From assembly GCA_035519195.1 (NCBI GenBank), contig DATIWU010000062.1:757-64756 (forward strand): a stretch of DNA of 64,000 nt, written 5' to 3'. The stretch comes from Gemmatimonadales bacterium (GTDB taxonomy: Bacteria; Gemmatimonadota; Gemmatimonadetes; Gemmatimonadales; GWC2-71-9). A program made the position numbers and the translations under genes. Each line of letters opens with the position of its first letter. Within the stretch, counting starts at the first letter, position 1. Under the pieces are notes generated by a model. The model had not been told where the DNA came from and did no database searches. It saw only the letters and a list, made by a program, of their open reading frames with translations. Positions 36,236 through 45,288 of this stretch are shown here, one piece after another.

Positions 36236-36769
36236 TCAGGTGACGAGCGCCTCGATTTCCTTGGCCGTTCTCGTGAGGATCTCGGCGAGACGTTTCCGGG
36301 CAGCATCGTCCGACACCTTCCACCCCACGCGATAGACGTTCTTGACCAGCTGTCCCAGCGCGCGGTTCACCTCGGCCATGGAGCCGCCCACGGTGCGCTC
36401 CACCGCATCGGCGACCCGATCGAAAATTTCTTCCACGACATCCTTGTGCTCGAGCAGGAATGCGCGCCCCTGCTCGGTGATTTCGTAGACCTTCTTGCCG
36501 TCGACCTCGCGCGCCTTGACCAGGCCTTCATCCTCGAGCCATTGCAACGTCGGGTAGACGGTCCCCGGGGATGGCGAATAGGCACCGTGTAGCCGGTCTT
36601 CGAGCTCCTTCATGACCTCGTAGCCGTGCCGAGGCTTGTCCTGCAGCAGCTTGAGAATGACGTACTTCATGTCGCCGGACCCGAACCACTGCCGCCGGCC
36701 GCCGCGACCCCCGAAGCCCCATGCCCGCGGGCCGAACCCGAATCCCTGCCATCCAAATCCACGTCCCAT
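36236..36769 (-). CDS. PadR-family transcriptional regulator with a Gly/Arg/Phe-rich N-terminal tail
   Basis: KYVILKLLQDKPRHGYEVMKELE...SPGTVYPTLQWLEDEGLV. N-terminal GRGFGWQGFGFGPRAWGFGGRGGRR. Confidence 0.85.
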   Translation of the reverse strand: MGRGFGWQGFGFGPRAWGFGGRGGRRQWFGSGDMKYVILKLLQDKPRHGYEVMKELEDRLHGAYSPSPGTVYPTLQWLEDEGLVKAREVDGKKVYEITEQGRAFLLEHKDVVEEIFDRVADAVERTVGGSMAEVNRALGQLVKNVYRVGWKVSDDAARKRLAEILTRTAKEIEALVT

Positions 36770-36802
36770 TTTGCACCCCAATAAGATGTTACGTGAAGCT
36801 AT

Positions 36803-36928
36803 TCTTGTCAGATATATCTTGTCAAGGGCGAGACACGACTCGCTTGAGGCGCAATGGGTTAGACCGTGCCTCAAGTCACCGAATGACTTTAATTTGCGTC
36901 ACTCACTCGCGGGTATAGATTTACCCGC
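36803..36928. promoter_or_regulatory. divergent control region with three repeat elements
   Basis: Direct repeat TCTTGTCA-N6-TCTTGTCA (36803-36824), which contains a minus-strand TTGACA-18-TAGCTT for PadR. Inverted repeat CTTGAGGC-N17-GCCTCAAG (36843-36875). Inverted repeat GCGGGTA-N6-TACCCGC (36909-36928). Locally AT-richer. Confidence 0.4.
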
Positions 36929-36968
36929 TCGCAGTTCCTAAAAAAGCTGCGCCCTAGAAGGAGATGGC

Positions 36969-37643
36969 ATGTCTGTGCGGGTGACTCCCCACCCCGCGTG
37001 GGTGGCTGAGTTGGATTCGGCTCTCGAGCCGCAGCGAGAGGCGATCCTCGACACACCGGTGGTGCTGGATGCCTCCGAGAATCAGCTGACGGATGGGAAG
37101 ATTCAGAACTTCCTGGTGGCGTTTTACCCGATCATCCGGGACTTCCCCCAGTGGCTGCAATTGCTGCTCGATCGTTCGCCGGCGGAAGGCCAGGCCTTTT
37201 TCCGCGATAACATCCGCGTCGAGAAGCGTCACGACGCGATGTGGCGGGCGATGGGCGATGGGTTCAACGTGCCGCGGCAGCGGTTCCAGGTGCCCGAGCC
37301 GATGAATCCGGAAACGCGCGTGTTCCACAACTATCTGACCTCGATGTGCCGGACGGCGGCGTTCGCCACGGCCGTCGGCGCCGTGAACTACGCCGTCGAG
37401 GGCGTGGCTCAGAAGATTTCCGAAAAGGCGCTGCGCGGTCTGGGCAAGAATGAGAAGATCGGTCCGCGTGGTCGCTGGTGGCTCGAGGAGCACGCGAAGT
37501 ACGACGATGAACACCCCGTTCACGCGCTCGAGATCATCAAGAGCTGCGTGGCCAAAGGGGAGGATCCCGATGAGGTCGCGGCTGCCTCTTCGAAGAGCCT
37601 TACGTTGATGCGGGAGTCGATGCTGGCCTCGTATGCGGCATGA
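36969..37643 (+). CDS. haem-oxygenase-like fold protein (TenA/PqqC/CADD-type, putative di-iron enzyme)
   Basis: All-helical 224 aa with acidic/His motifs (VEKRHDAMW, NYAVEGVAQ, LEEHAKYDDEHPVHALE). SD GGAG lies upstream. Confidence 0.65.
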   Translation: MSVRVTPHPAWVAELDSALEPQREAILDTPVVLDASENQLTDGKIQNFLVAFYPIIRDFPQWLQLLLDRSPAEGQAFFRDNIRVEKRHDAMWRAMGDGFNVPRQRFQVPEPMNPETRVFHNYLTSMCRTAAFATAVGAVNYAVEGVAQKISEKALRGLGKNEKIGPRGRWWLEEHAKYDDEHPVHALEIIKSCVAKGEDPDEVAAASSKSLTLMRESMLASYAA

Positions 37644-39556
37644 CTAAACGCAATCGCGCGGCACCGGCACGGGAACTCCGTGCCGGCGCGGCCCCGCGCA
37701 AGCGAGCGTTCGGCGCCGTCGACGCATCCGTCATCGCCCGTGAGATCATCGCGGCGTTGGCCGATGCGGTCGTCGTGACGGGTCTCGACAGCCGGATTCT
37801 CACGGCTAATCGCGCCGCGGCAGAACTGTTCGGTCGAGCTCTCGAAGACCTTCCCGGAACCTTGATCGACGATCTCGTCGTCGCGACCGAGCGGCCGCTG
37901 TTCGCCGAGCGGGAGCGGCGCGTCCAGCGCGGTGAAGACCAGCGGTACGAGACCAAGATCATCCGGGGCGACGCCGAGCGGGACGTGGGCGTGTCCAGTA
38001 CCCCGCTGATCGTGGACGGCCAGCTCATGGGCACGGTCGCCACGATGCGAGACATCACCGAGCAGAAAGTCGCCCAGGACGAGCTGGCGCGCTCCGAGGC
38101 CCGGTATCGCAACCTGGTCGAGTCGGCCTCCGACGCGATTGCCACGTTCGATGCGAACGGACGGTTCACCACCGTCAATCACGCGGGCGAGATCGTCTCC
38201 GGACACACGCGCGAGGAGCTGATCGGGCAGTGGTTCGCGCCGATGCTCCCCGACGACGAGCTCCCCAAGGTGCTCGGCCACTTCCAGAAGGCGCTGGCCG
38301 GCGAGACGGGGCTCTACGAGACCGCGTTCTACCGGAAAGACCGTGAGGTACGGACGATTTCGGTGACGTACTCGAGCCCCAAGCGCGACGAGGAAGTGCT
38401 GTGCATCATCCGCGACGTCACCGACGGGAAGATGCTTCAGGAGCAGCTGATTCAGTCCGAAAAGATGTCGGCCATCGGCCAGCTCGTTTCGGGCGTAGCG
38501 CACGAGCTGAATAACCCGCTCGCGGGCATCTCGGCCTTCGCGCAGCTCCTGCTGACGGAAAAGCGGTTCCCGCCGGACCAGCGCACCGCGGCGGAGATGA
38601 TCTACGCGGAAGCGCGGCGCGCCTCGCGCATCGTCCAGAACCTCCTCACGTTCGCGCGGCAGCACAAACCGGAGCGGACGCCGACGTCCATCAATCAGGT
38701 GCTCGACGATACGCTCGAGCTCCGCGGCTACGAGCTCCGGGTGCGCGGCATCGAAGTCGGCCGGGAGTACGACGAAACGCTGCCCGAGACGATGGCCGAT
38801 GCGCACCAGCTGCAGCAGGTGTTCCTGAACCTGATCACCAACGCCGAGCAGGCGATGGAACGCCAGCAGCGCGAGGCGCAGCGCCTGATCGTGCGCACCT
38901 CCCGGGTCGGCGACGCGATCCGCATCGAGATCGAGGACACGGGGCCGGGGATTCCCTCGCACCTCATCGAGCGGATCTTCAACCCGTTCTTCACGACCAA
39001 GCCCACCGGCTCGGGCACCGGGCTCGGCCTTTCGATTTCGCTCGGTATCGTGCGGGAGCACGACGGCAAGATCTGGGCGGAAAATGCGCCGAGCGGCGGC
39101 GCACGCTTCATGGTGGAGCTGCCACTCGTCGCCGCAAGCACGCACGAAGTCTCGGAAGACGCGCCGGCCACGACGCCGATCGGCGAGCGTCTGCGGATCC
39201 TCGTGGTGGATGACGAGGCGTCAGTCCGTGTCGCTCTGCAGCGCTACTTCCAAAGCCGGGGGCACGACGTCGAAACCACGGCGAGCGGACGCGACGGACT
39301 CGCGCGGCTGCGCGACGCGAAGTTCGACGCGGTGGTCGTGGACATGCGCATGCCGGATTTGTCGGGCGAGCAGCTGTATGAAGAGCTCCGGGCCCGCGAT
39401 CCCGAGCACGCGGCGCGCGTCGTCTTTACCACGGGACAGATGGTCGAGGAACGGGTGCGGAACTTCCTGGCTTCGACCGGACGCCCCTACATCCCCAAAC
39501 CCTTCGAATTCTCCGCGTTCGATCAGGCGCTTCCCGCGGCCCGTCGCATCGCGTAG
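37640..39556 (+). CDS. PAS-PAS hybrid sensor histidine kinase with a C-terminal receiver domain
   Basis: Two PAS-like regions. H-box SGVAHELNNPL, N-box LITNAEQAM, G-boxes DTGPGI and GSGTGLGLS. Receiver is ILVVDDE...VVVDMRMPDLSG...KP. ATGA overlap with the upstream gene. Confidence 0.9.
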   Translation: MTKRNRAAPARELRAGAAPRKRAFGAVDASVIAREIIAALADAVVVTGLDSRILTANRAAAELFGRALEDLPGTLIDDLVVATERPLFAERERRVQRGEDQRYETKIIRGDAERDVGVSSTPLIVDGQLMGTVATMRDITEQKVAQDELARSEARYRNLVESASDAIATFDANGRFTTVNHAGEIVSGHTREELIGQWFAPMLPDDELPKVLGHFQKALAGETGLYETAFYRKDREVRTISVTYSSPKRDEEVLCIIRDVTDGKMLQEQLIQSEKMSAIGQLVSGVAHELNNPLAGISAFAQLLLTEKRFPPDQRTAAEMIYAEARRASRIVQNLLTFARQHKPERTPTSINQVLDDTLELRGYELRVRGIEVGREYDETLPETMADAHQLQQVFLNLITNAEQAMERQQREAQRLIVRTSRVGDAIRIEIEDTGPGIPSHLIERIFNPFFTTKPTGSGTGLGLSISLGIVREHDGKIWAENAPSGGARFMVELPLVAASTHEVSEDAPATTPIGERLRILVVDDEASVRVALQRYFQSRGHDVETTASGRDGLARLRDAKFDAVVVDMRMPDLSGEQLYEELRARDPEHAARVVFTTGQMVEERVRNFLASTGRPYIPKPFEFSAFDQALPAARRIA

Positions 39557-39565
39557 GAGTCCGGT

Positions 39566-40435
39566 CTAACCCTGCGGCGCGTCCCCGCCGTCGGAATCGG
39601 GACGCATCTCCCTGAACCTGAAGTGGTGCATCTGATTGTCGCGCGCCGGCACGTGCCACGTGATCGTGGCCCGTTTTTGCCGCCGCATGATGTCGATCGA
39701 TACCGTCTCGCCCGGATCGTAGGATCGGAGAATGCGCATGGCGTGCGCCGCCGACGTCGGCTTGCGACCGCCGATCGCGAGGATCACATCGCCGCTCTTG
39801 AGCGGCAGTGACGTGTCTCCCGACGCCTTGACGACGAGAATGCCTTCCTTTGTTCCGAAGTACTCTCCGAGGTCGGGATTGAGCGACACGATCTGCATGT
39901 CGCACCAGTCGCCGAAGCAGAACATGAAGTCGTCCGGCCCCGGAACGATCGACACGCGCCCACCGGGTGGCCCGGGCGGGACCGCCAACCGATCGAACCC
40001 GGAAATCACGCTCACGTCACCGGCAATCAGCGTCGTCGTTCGGACAGCCATGCCGCGCCGATATTCGACGCGCAGCGAGTCGCCGGGCTGGAGGGCGCGA
40101 GCGAGTTCGACGAGCTTGCGACCCGGTCCCGAGCCGCCGGTCTCGTCCGAGGCGACGCCCCCAAGGGCACTGCTGCCGAATTTCGTGATGACGTCACCGG
40201 CTTTGAGACCGGCCTTGGCGGCCGGACTGCCGGGGGTAACGGCTTCGATGTGCGCGCCGATACTGTCAGTCTCGGGATCGGCTTGCGTGTTGACGAGCAC
40301 GCCAAGCCGGCCATGATGCTCGCCGGGCGGGAATCCGTATCGCGGGTCGCCGGGACGGGACGGATTCTGGGCGACAGCCACCCCAGACCCCGGCACGCCG
40401 ACGATGACGACCGCGAGTGCGAGAATCCATTTCAT
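39566..40435 (-). CDS. secreted double-PDZ-domain protein without a protease domain
   Basis: Signal MKWILALAVVIVG. Two PDZ-like cores (GSPAAKAGLKAGDVITKFG and SLPLKSGDVILAIGG). Confidence 0.7.
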   Translation of the reverse strand: MKWILALAVVIVGVPGSGVAVAQNPSRPGDPRYGFPPGEHHGRLGVLVNTQADPETDSIGAHIEAVTPGSPAAKAGLKAGDVITKFGSSALGGVASDETGGSGPGRKLVELARALQPGDSLRVEYRRGMAVRTTTLIAGDVSVISGFDRLAVPPGPPGGRVSIVPGPDDFMFCFGDWCDMQIVSLNPDLGEYFGTKEGILVVKASGDTSLPLKSGDVILAIGGRKPTSAAHAMRILRSYDPGETVSIDIMRRQKRATITWHVPARDNQMHHFRFREMRPDSDGGDAPQG

Positions 40436-40457
40436 CCAGCGAACCCCGATCCTTTCA

Positions 40458-41039
40458 TTACAGCCCCACGTACGCCGCGTTGGTCGCATGCACGTCGACC
40501 AGCTGCTGCATGAGATTCACCCGATCTCGCCACAGGTCCACGGCCGCCTGTCCGATCCCGGGTTGTCCGCCCTCGAGGCCCGAAAGCTGCGCGTCCACGG
40601 CCGCAATCTGGTCTTCCAGGGCGGCCGCCATCGCGGCCGCGCGGCCGCTCTCGACGCGCGAGTCAGGATCGAGGCTCTGCAGCTCCGCTTCGAGTGACGC
40701 CGACTGCCGCTTGGCCTGAGCCAGCTCCTGGGCATACGCGGGCGTCACCTGGTGCGGCCTGAGCACGAGCACTCCGGCGAGCAGTGCCGCCGCGGCCATT
40801 CCCGAGGCCATCCAGCGCTGTCGGCGGCGCGCCTGCGTGGCAAGCACCTGGTTTCGGATCGCGGGCCAGCGGCTGCGCGGGGGCGACAGGGGCGGCAGTG
40901 CCTTGAGCCGCGCTACGCGCTGGTACATCGCGTCGAGCTCGGCGCGGCACACGTCGCATCCGTCCAGGTGCTCCCGGGCCCACGACGATCCTTCGTTGTC
41001 GCGCAGCGCCAGCAGGTCTTCGAGCGTGCAGTGCATCAT
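40458..41039 (-). CDS. zf-HC2 anti-sigma factor, single-pass, coiled-coil periplasmic part
   Basis: HLDGCDVCRAEL (H-x3-C-x2-C) and TM segment MAAAALLAGVLVL. ATGA overlap with the sigma stop. Confidence 0.75.
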   Translation of the reverse strand: MMHCTLEDLLALRDNEGSSWAREHLDGCDVCRAELDAMYQRVARLKALPPLSPPRSRWPAIRNQVLATQARRRQRWMASGMAAAALLAGVLVLRPHQVTPAYAQELAQAKRQSASLEAELQSLDPDSRVESGRAAAMAAALEDQIAAVDAQLSGLEGGQPGIGQAAVDLWRDRVNLMQQLVDVHATNAAYVGL

Positions 41040-41575
41040 TCGGCCGTTCGCTCCTCACCGAGCATGCGGCGCAGCTTCCCGTGCGCGCGCGCCAGCTGTG
41101 ATTTCGAGAAACTCGCAGTCTTCCCCATCATCTCCGCGATCTCTTCGTGCGTGTATCCCTCAACGTCATGCAGCCAGACCACCGCGCGCGACGTCTCGGT
41201 CAGTTTCTCGAGGGCCCGTTCCAGGTCCACGCGTATCGGCACGCTCGGCTGGGCCGATGCCCCCGCGAATTCCTCGTCGAACGTTTCTTCGTTGCGCACC
41301 TGGCGCCGGCGGATGCGCATCAGGGCCTTCGATGCGGCAATCTGCCGGATCCATCCCCAGAGATGACCTTCGCCGCGGAACGACCCGATGCTCCGCACGA
41401 CCTCGAGGAACGTCTCCTGGAGCACGTCCTCGGCGTCTTCCGGGCTGCGCAAGATCCGCCGCGCGAGATTGTAAACCGGGGTTTCGAAAGCGCGGTACAA
41501 TGCCTCGAGCGCTTCGAGGTCTCCGGATTTTGCGCGGGCGATCAGAACATCTGAGACGGCCAGTGAGATACTCAT
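41036..41575 (-). CDS. ECF-type RNA polymerase sigma-70 factor
   Basis: Region 2 (LEALYRAFETPVYNLARRILRSPEDAEDVLQETF) and region 4 (SRAVVWLHDVEGYTHEEIAEMMGKTASFSKSQLARAHGKLR). Confidence 0.85.
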   Translation of the reverse strand: MSISLAVSDVLIARAKSGDLEALEALYRAFETPVYNLARRILRSPEDAEDVLQETFLEVVRSIGSFRGEGHLWGWIRQIAASKALMRIRRRQVRNEETFDEEFAGASAQPSVPIRVDLERALEKLTETSRAVVWLHDVEGYTHEEIAEMMGKTASFSKSQLARAHGKLRRMLGEERTAE

Positions 41576-41650
41576 CTCCCCATGAATGGATGATGTTGCC
41601 GTACCACCAAACGTCGCATCCCGGAGCCGGGAAGGTAAGTGGTTGGCATC

Positions 41651-41679
41651 TTGGAACTTGGACCAGCCGGCGGTATCTT
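41651..41679 (+). promoter_or_regulatory. candidate promoter TTGGAA-17-TATCTT placing the TSS at or next to ATG 41685 (leaderless)
   Basis: Read directly. The ATG begins 6 nt after the -10 hexamer. No SD. Confidence 0.35.
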
Positions 41680-41684
41680 CTGGC

Positions 41685-42803
41685 ATGACCGCTCCTGACC
41701 GCCCCACCCTGCACAACTGGTTGCACCACTGGCAAGACGAGCTGGATGCCGCCTACCTCTACGTCGCCCTCGCGTCGGAAGAAGCCGACCCGAGAAAGCG
41801 GGAAATCTATCGCCAGCTGGCGCAGGTGGAGCGACGGCACACGGACCTCTGGGCCAAGCTGCTGGCGGCCAACGGCCACCCCGTCCCCGCCCAGGAACGT
41901 CCCTCGCTGTCCGCGCGGATCATGGCCTGGCTCGGCCGGCGCTTCGGCCCGCGCTATCTGCTCCCGCTGCTGCTGCGCGAGGAAGGACGCGAGGTCAAAG
42001 GGTACATGGACCTGCACTCGGCATCCCGTGCCGAGGACGCGCGTCAGGTCTCCCTGACGCTGGCACGAGAGTCGGCCGAACACGCCGGCACGCTCGCGAG
42101 CCTCGCGGGCCAGAGCGCCGAGCCCTGGCACCGAACGGAATCCGGCGGATTTCTCCGCAACGTCGTGTATGGCTTCAACGACGGGTTGACCGCGAACTTT
42201 GGCCTGGTCGCGGGAGTGATCGGCGCATCGGTCGCTCCCCACGTCATCCTGGTCTCCGGGATTGCCGGCATGATCGCCGACGCATTGTCGATGGGCGCGT
42301 CGGGATATCTCGCGGCCAAGAGCGAGCAGGAAGTGTATGCGCACGAGATCGCGATGGAGAAAGAAGAGATCCGGCTGATGCCGGACGTGGAGCAGGAAGA
42401 GCTGACGCTGCTGTATCAGGCCAAGGGCGTCGACCCCCGCACCGCGCGGCGCATGTCGGAAGAAGTCATGCGGGACCCGCAGCGGGCGCTGGGCGAGCAG
42501 GTACGCGAAGAGCTGAAGATCGGCGAAGCGCAGGCGACGCCATTCCGCGAGGGGTGGCTGACCGGCGCGGCCACCGCGGTGGGCGCATTCATTCCGGTTG
42601 CCCCGTTCCTGGTGTTTTCCGGACACGCGGCCGCCTGGATCGCATTCGTTATCGCGATGGCGTCGCACTTTCTCGTGGGCGGCGCCCGCAGTCTGTTCAC
42701 CGGCCGCGGAATGCTGCGGAGCGGGCTGGATATGTTCGTCGTGGGGTTGGGAGTGGCCGCCGTGGGGTACGTGGTCGGGGATCTGATAGCGAAGGTTCTC
42801 TAG
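41685..42803 (+). CDS. VIT1/CCC1-family iron/manganese transporter with an N-terminal ferritin-like domain
   Basis: N-terminal EL.AAYLY...E.RH ferritin-like motifs. C-terminal VYGFNDGLTANFGLVAGV...GASGYLA and 5 TM segments. Confidence 0.8.
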   Translation: MTAPDRPTLHNWLHHWQDELDAAYLYVALASEEADPRKREIYRQLAQVERRHTDLWAKLLAANGHPVPAQERPSLSARIMAWLGRRFGPRYLLPLLLREEGREVKGYMDLHSASRAEDARQVSLTLARESAEHAGTLASLAGQSAEPWHRTESGGFLRNVVYGFNDGLTANFGLVAGVIGASVAPHVILVSGIAGMIADALSMGASGYLAAKSEQEVYAHEIAMEKEEIRLMPDVEQEELTLLYQAKGVDPRTARRMSEEVMRDPQRALGEQVREELKIGEAQATPFREGWLTGAATAVGAFIPVAPFLVFSGHAAAWIAFVIAMASHFLVGGARSLFTGRGMLRSGLDMFVVGLGVAAVGYVVGDLIAKVL

Positions 42804-45220
42804 ACCACGAGATTCAACAGCCGGTCCTGCACGTAGATCGTCTTCTTGACCTTCCTGCCCTCCACGAATTTCTGTACCGTGCCGTCGGCGAGCGCGAGCG
42901 CCGCAATCGCTCCCTCGGCGAGGCCGCGGGGCACGGTCAGGCGCGAGCGCACTTTGCCGTTCACCTGAACCGCGATCTCGACATCGCCGGACGCGGCGAG
43001 GCGTTCGTCGTAGGCCGGCCAGCGGGCCGCGAACACCGACGTGCGGTGCCCCATTCGCTCCCACAGCTCCTCCGCGAGGTGCGGAGCAAACGGCGCGAGC
43101 ATGACGAGCAGCGGCACGACGGCGCCCCGGACTTTCACGCCCGATTCGCGAGCGAGATTGACGTACTCCATCATGGCCGCGATCGCGGTGTTGTAGTCGA
43201 GCCGCTCGGTGTCTTCGGTCACCTTGCGGATCGTCTGATGCAGCTTGCGCTCGATGTCCTGCGGCAAGGCGCCGTCTGATTCGGCGGCCGTTTCGTGCGC
43301 GAGCAGCCACACCTTGTCGAGGAACCGGCGGATGCCCGTGATCCCCTCATCGCGGAAGTCACCGCCCTCCTGGAACGGGCCGAGAAACATCAGGTACATC
43401 CGGAACGTGTCCGCGCCCCACTTCTGGATGAAGGCGTCCGGAATGACCACGTTGCCCCGGGATTTGGACATCTTGGCGCCGTCCTTGATGATGAGGCCGT
43501 GCGCCCGGAGCTTCGGAAACGGTTCCTCGAAATCGATGTGGCCGAGGTCGTGCAGCACCATGCTGATGAACCGCGAGTACAGGAGGTGAAGCACGGCGTG
43601 CTCGTTCCCGCCGATGTAGCTCGTCACCGGCAACCAGGTGCGCGTGCGCTCGCGGTCCCAGGGGCGATCCTCGATTTCGCTCGACGGATAGCGGAGGTAG
43701 TACCAGGATGAGTCGAGGAACGTGTCCGACACGTCGGTCTCGCGCCGGCCCATCGCCCCACAGCTGGGACAGGGCACGTAATACCATTCGCGATGGCGCG
43801 CGAGCGGGCTGACACCCGTGTCGTCGGGACGGAAATCCTCGATCAGCGGCAGCTCGACCGGGAGATCGTCCTCCGGTACTCCCACCGGTCCGCACCGGTC
43901 GCAATGGATGATGGGAATCGGCGGGCCCCAGTATCGCTGCCGCGAAATGCACCAGTCATGCAGCCGGAACTGCACGCGCGCGGTCGCGAGCCCCTGGCTA
44001 CCGAGCCATTCGACGATGCGCCGCTGCGCCACTTTGCAGCTCACGCCGTCGAATTGCCCCGAATTCACCAGCAACCCGTCCTCGGACTCGAGCGGCAGCG
44101 GATCATCGCCATGCCGGACCACCTGGACGATCGGCAACCCGAACTGCACCGCGAACTCGTAGTCCCGGCGATCGTGGGCCGGCACGGCCATGATCGCACC
44201 CGTGCCGTATTCCATCAGCACGTAGTCCGCGATCCAGACCGGGATGGACGCGCCGGTCGCGGGATTCCGAACGTACGAGCCGAGGAAGACCCCCGTCTTG
44301 GTCTTGTCGCCCACCTTGCGCGAGACGATGTCCTGCGCGGCGACCCGGCGCTGGTAGCGGTGAACACTCCCGCGCTGCTCCTCCGCCGTGAGCGCGTCCA
44401 CGAGCGGGTGCTCCGGGGCGACCACGAGGTACGTCGCGCCGAACACCGTGTCGGGACGAGTCGTGAACACGGTGATCGTTTCTCCGCTGGGCGCGGCGAA
44501 GACCAGCTCCGCTCCCTCGCTCCGGCCGATCCAGTTCCGCTGCATGGCGATGGTGCTGCTGGACCAGTCGAGCGTGTCGAGATTATCGAGCAGTCGCTGG
44601 GCGTACTTCGTGATCGCGAAGAACCACTGTTCCAGGAATCGCTGCTCGACCTTGACGTCGGGATGGCGCTCACAATAACCGTTGATTACCTGCTCGTTCG
44701 CGATCACCGTCTTGCAGGAAGGGCACCAGTTGACGGCGGCCTTCTTGCGGAACGCGAGTCCGGCTTTGAAGAGCTGGAGAAACAGCCACTGGGTCCACTT
44801 GTAATAGCGGGGATCGGTGGTCGAAACTTCATGACGCCAGTCGAACATTCCCCCGAAGCGGCGCAGCTGACGCCGGAAGGTGGCGATATTCTGGGGAATG
44901 AGGCGGGCGGGATGAACGCCGATCGTCAACGCGTAATTCTCGGAGTGGATCCCGAACGCGTCGAAACCGATCGGCTCGAATACCTCATGCCCCTGGAGCC
45001 GCTTGAACCGGCCGTAGATGTCGGCGCCCGTGAAGGCGAACATGTTGCCCACGTGCAGCCCCTCGGCCGAGGGGTAGGGAAACATCATGAGGTTGTAGAA
45101 TGGCCGAGCCGGATGGCCCAGGTCGGGCTCGTTGGTGTGCGCCTCGTCCCAACGCTTCTGCCAGCGCGCTTCCACCTGCGCCGGATCGTAGACCGGCGTC
45201 GGATGCGTCGTGCTCGTCAT
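42800..45220 (-). CDS. leuS: leucine--tRNA ligase
   Basis: PYPSAEGLHVGN (HIGH-type) and KMSKSRGN (KMSKS) motifs. 806 aa. Confidence 0.95.
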   Translation of the reverse strand: MTSTTHPTPVYDPAQVEARWQKRWDEAHTNEPDLGHPARPFYNLMMFPYPSAEGLHVGNMFAFTGADIYGRFKRLQGHEVFEPIGFDAFGIHSENYALTIGVHPARLIPQNIATFRRQLRRFGGMFDWRHEVSTTDPRYYKWTQWLFLQLFKAGLAFRKKAAVNWCPSCKTVIANEQVINGYCERHPDVKVEQRFLEQWFFAITKYAQRLLDNLDTLDWSSSTIAMQRNWIGRSEGAELVFAAPSGETITVFTTRPDTVFGATYLVVAPEHPLVDALTAEEQRGSVHRYQRRVAAQDIVSRKVGDKTKTGVFLGSYVRNPATGASIPVWIADYVLMEYGTGAIMAVPAHDRRDYEFAVQFGLPIVQVVRHGDDPLPLESEDGLLVNSGQFDGVSCKVAQRRIVEWLGSQGLATARVQFRLHDWCISRQRYWGPPIPIIHCDRCGPVGVPEDDLPVELPLIEDFRPDDTGVSPLARHREWYYVPCPSCGAMGRRETDVSDTFLDSSWYYLRYPSSEIEDRPWDRERTRTWLPVTSYIGGNEHAVLHLLYSRFISMVLHDLGHIDFEEPFPKLRAHGLIIKDGAKMSKSRGNVVIPDAFIQKWGADTFRMYLMFLGPFQEGGDFRDEGITGIRRFLDKVWLLAHETAAESDGALPQDIERKLHQTIRKVTEDTERLDYNTAIAAMMEYVNLARESGVKVRGAVVPLLVMLAPFAPHLAEELWERMGHRTSVFAARWPAYDERLAASGDVEIAVQVNGKVRSRLTVPRGLAEGAIAALALADGTVQKFVEGRKVKKTIYVQDRLLNLVV

Positions 45221-45242
45221 AAGTGCCTGAAACTAAATACGC

Positions 45243-45271
45243 TTGCTCCTGCGTGTAACCGGCCCTACTTT
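45243..45271 (+). promoter_or_regulatory. candidate promoter TTGCTC-17-TACTTT upstream of the MCP gene
   Basis: Read directly. It uses the same -10 hexamer as the 52394 promoter. The ATG at 45289 lies about 11 nt from the predicted TSS. Confidence 0.3.
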
Positions 45272-45288
45272 AACGCCTTCAACCCCTG

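Noticed and set aside
37520-39145. 541-aa minus-strand ORF antisense to the hybrid histidine kinase
   Set aside because: No motifs are present. The plus-strand frame contains the H, N and G boxes and the receiver domain.
41166-43310. 714-aa minus-strand ORF spanning the sigma factor, VIT1 and leuS regions
   Set aside because: It has low-complexity Arg/Gly/Pro composition. It overlaps three genes with clear family motifs in other frames or strands. No domain was recognised.
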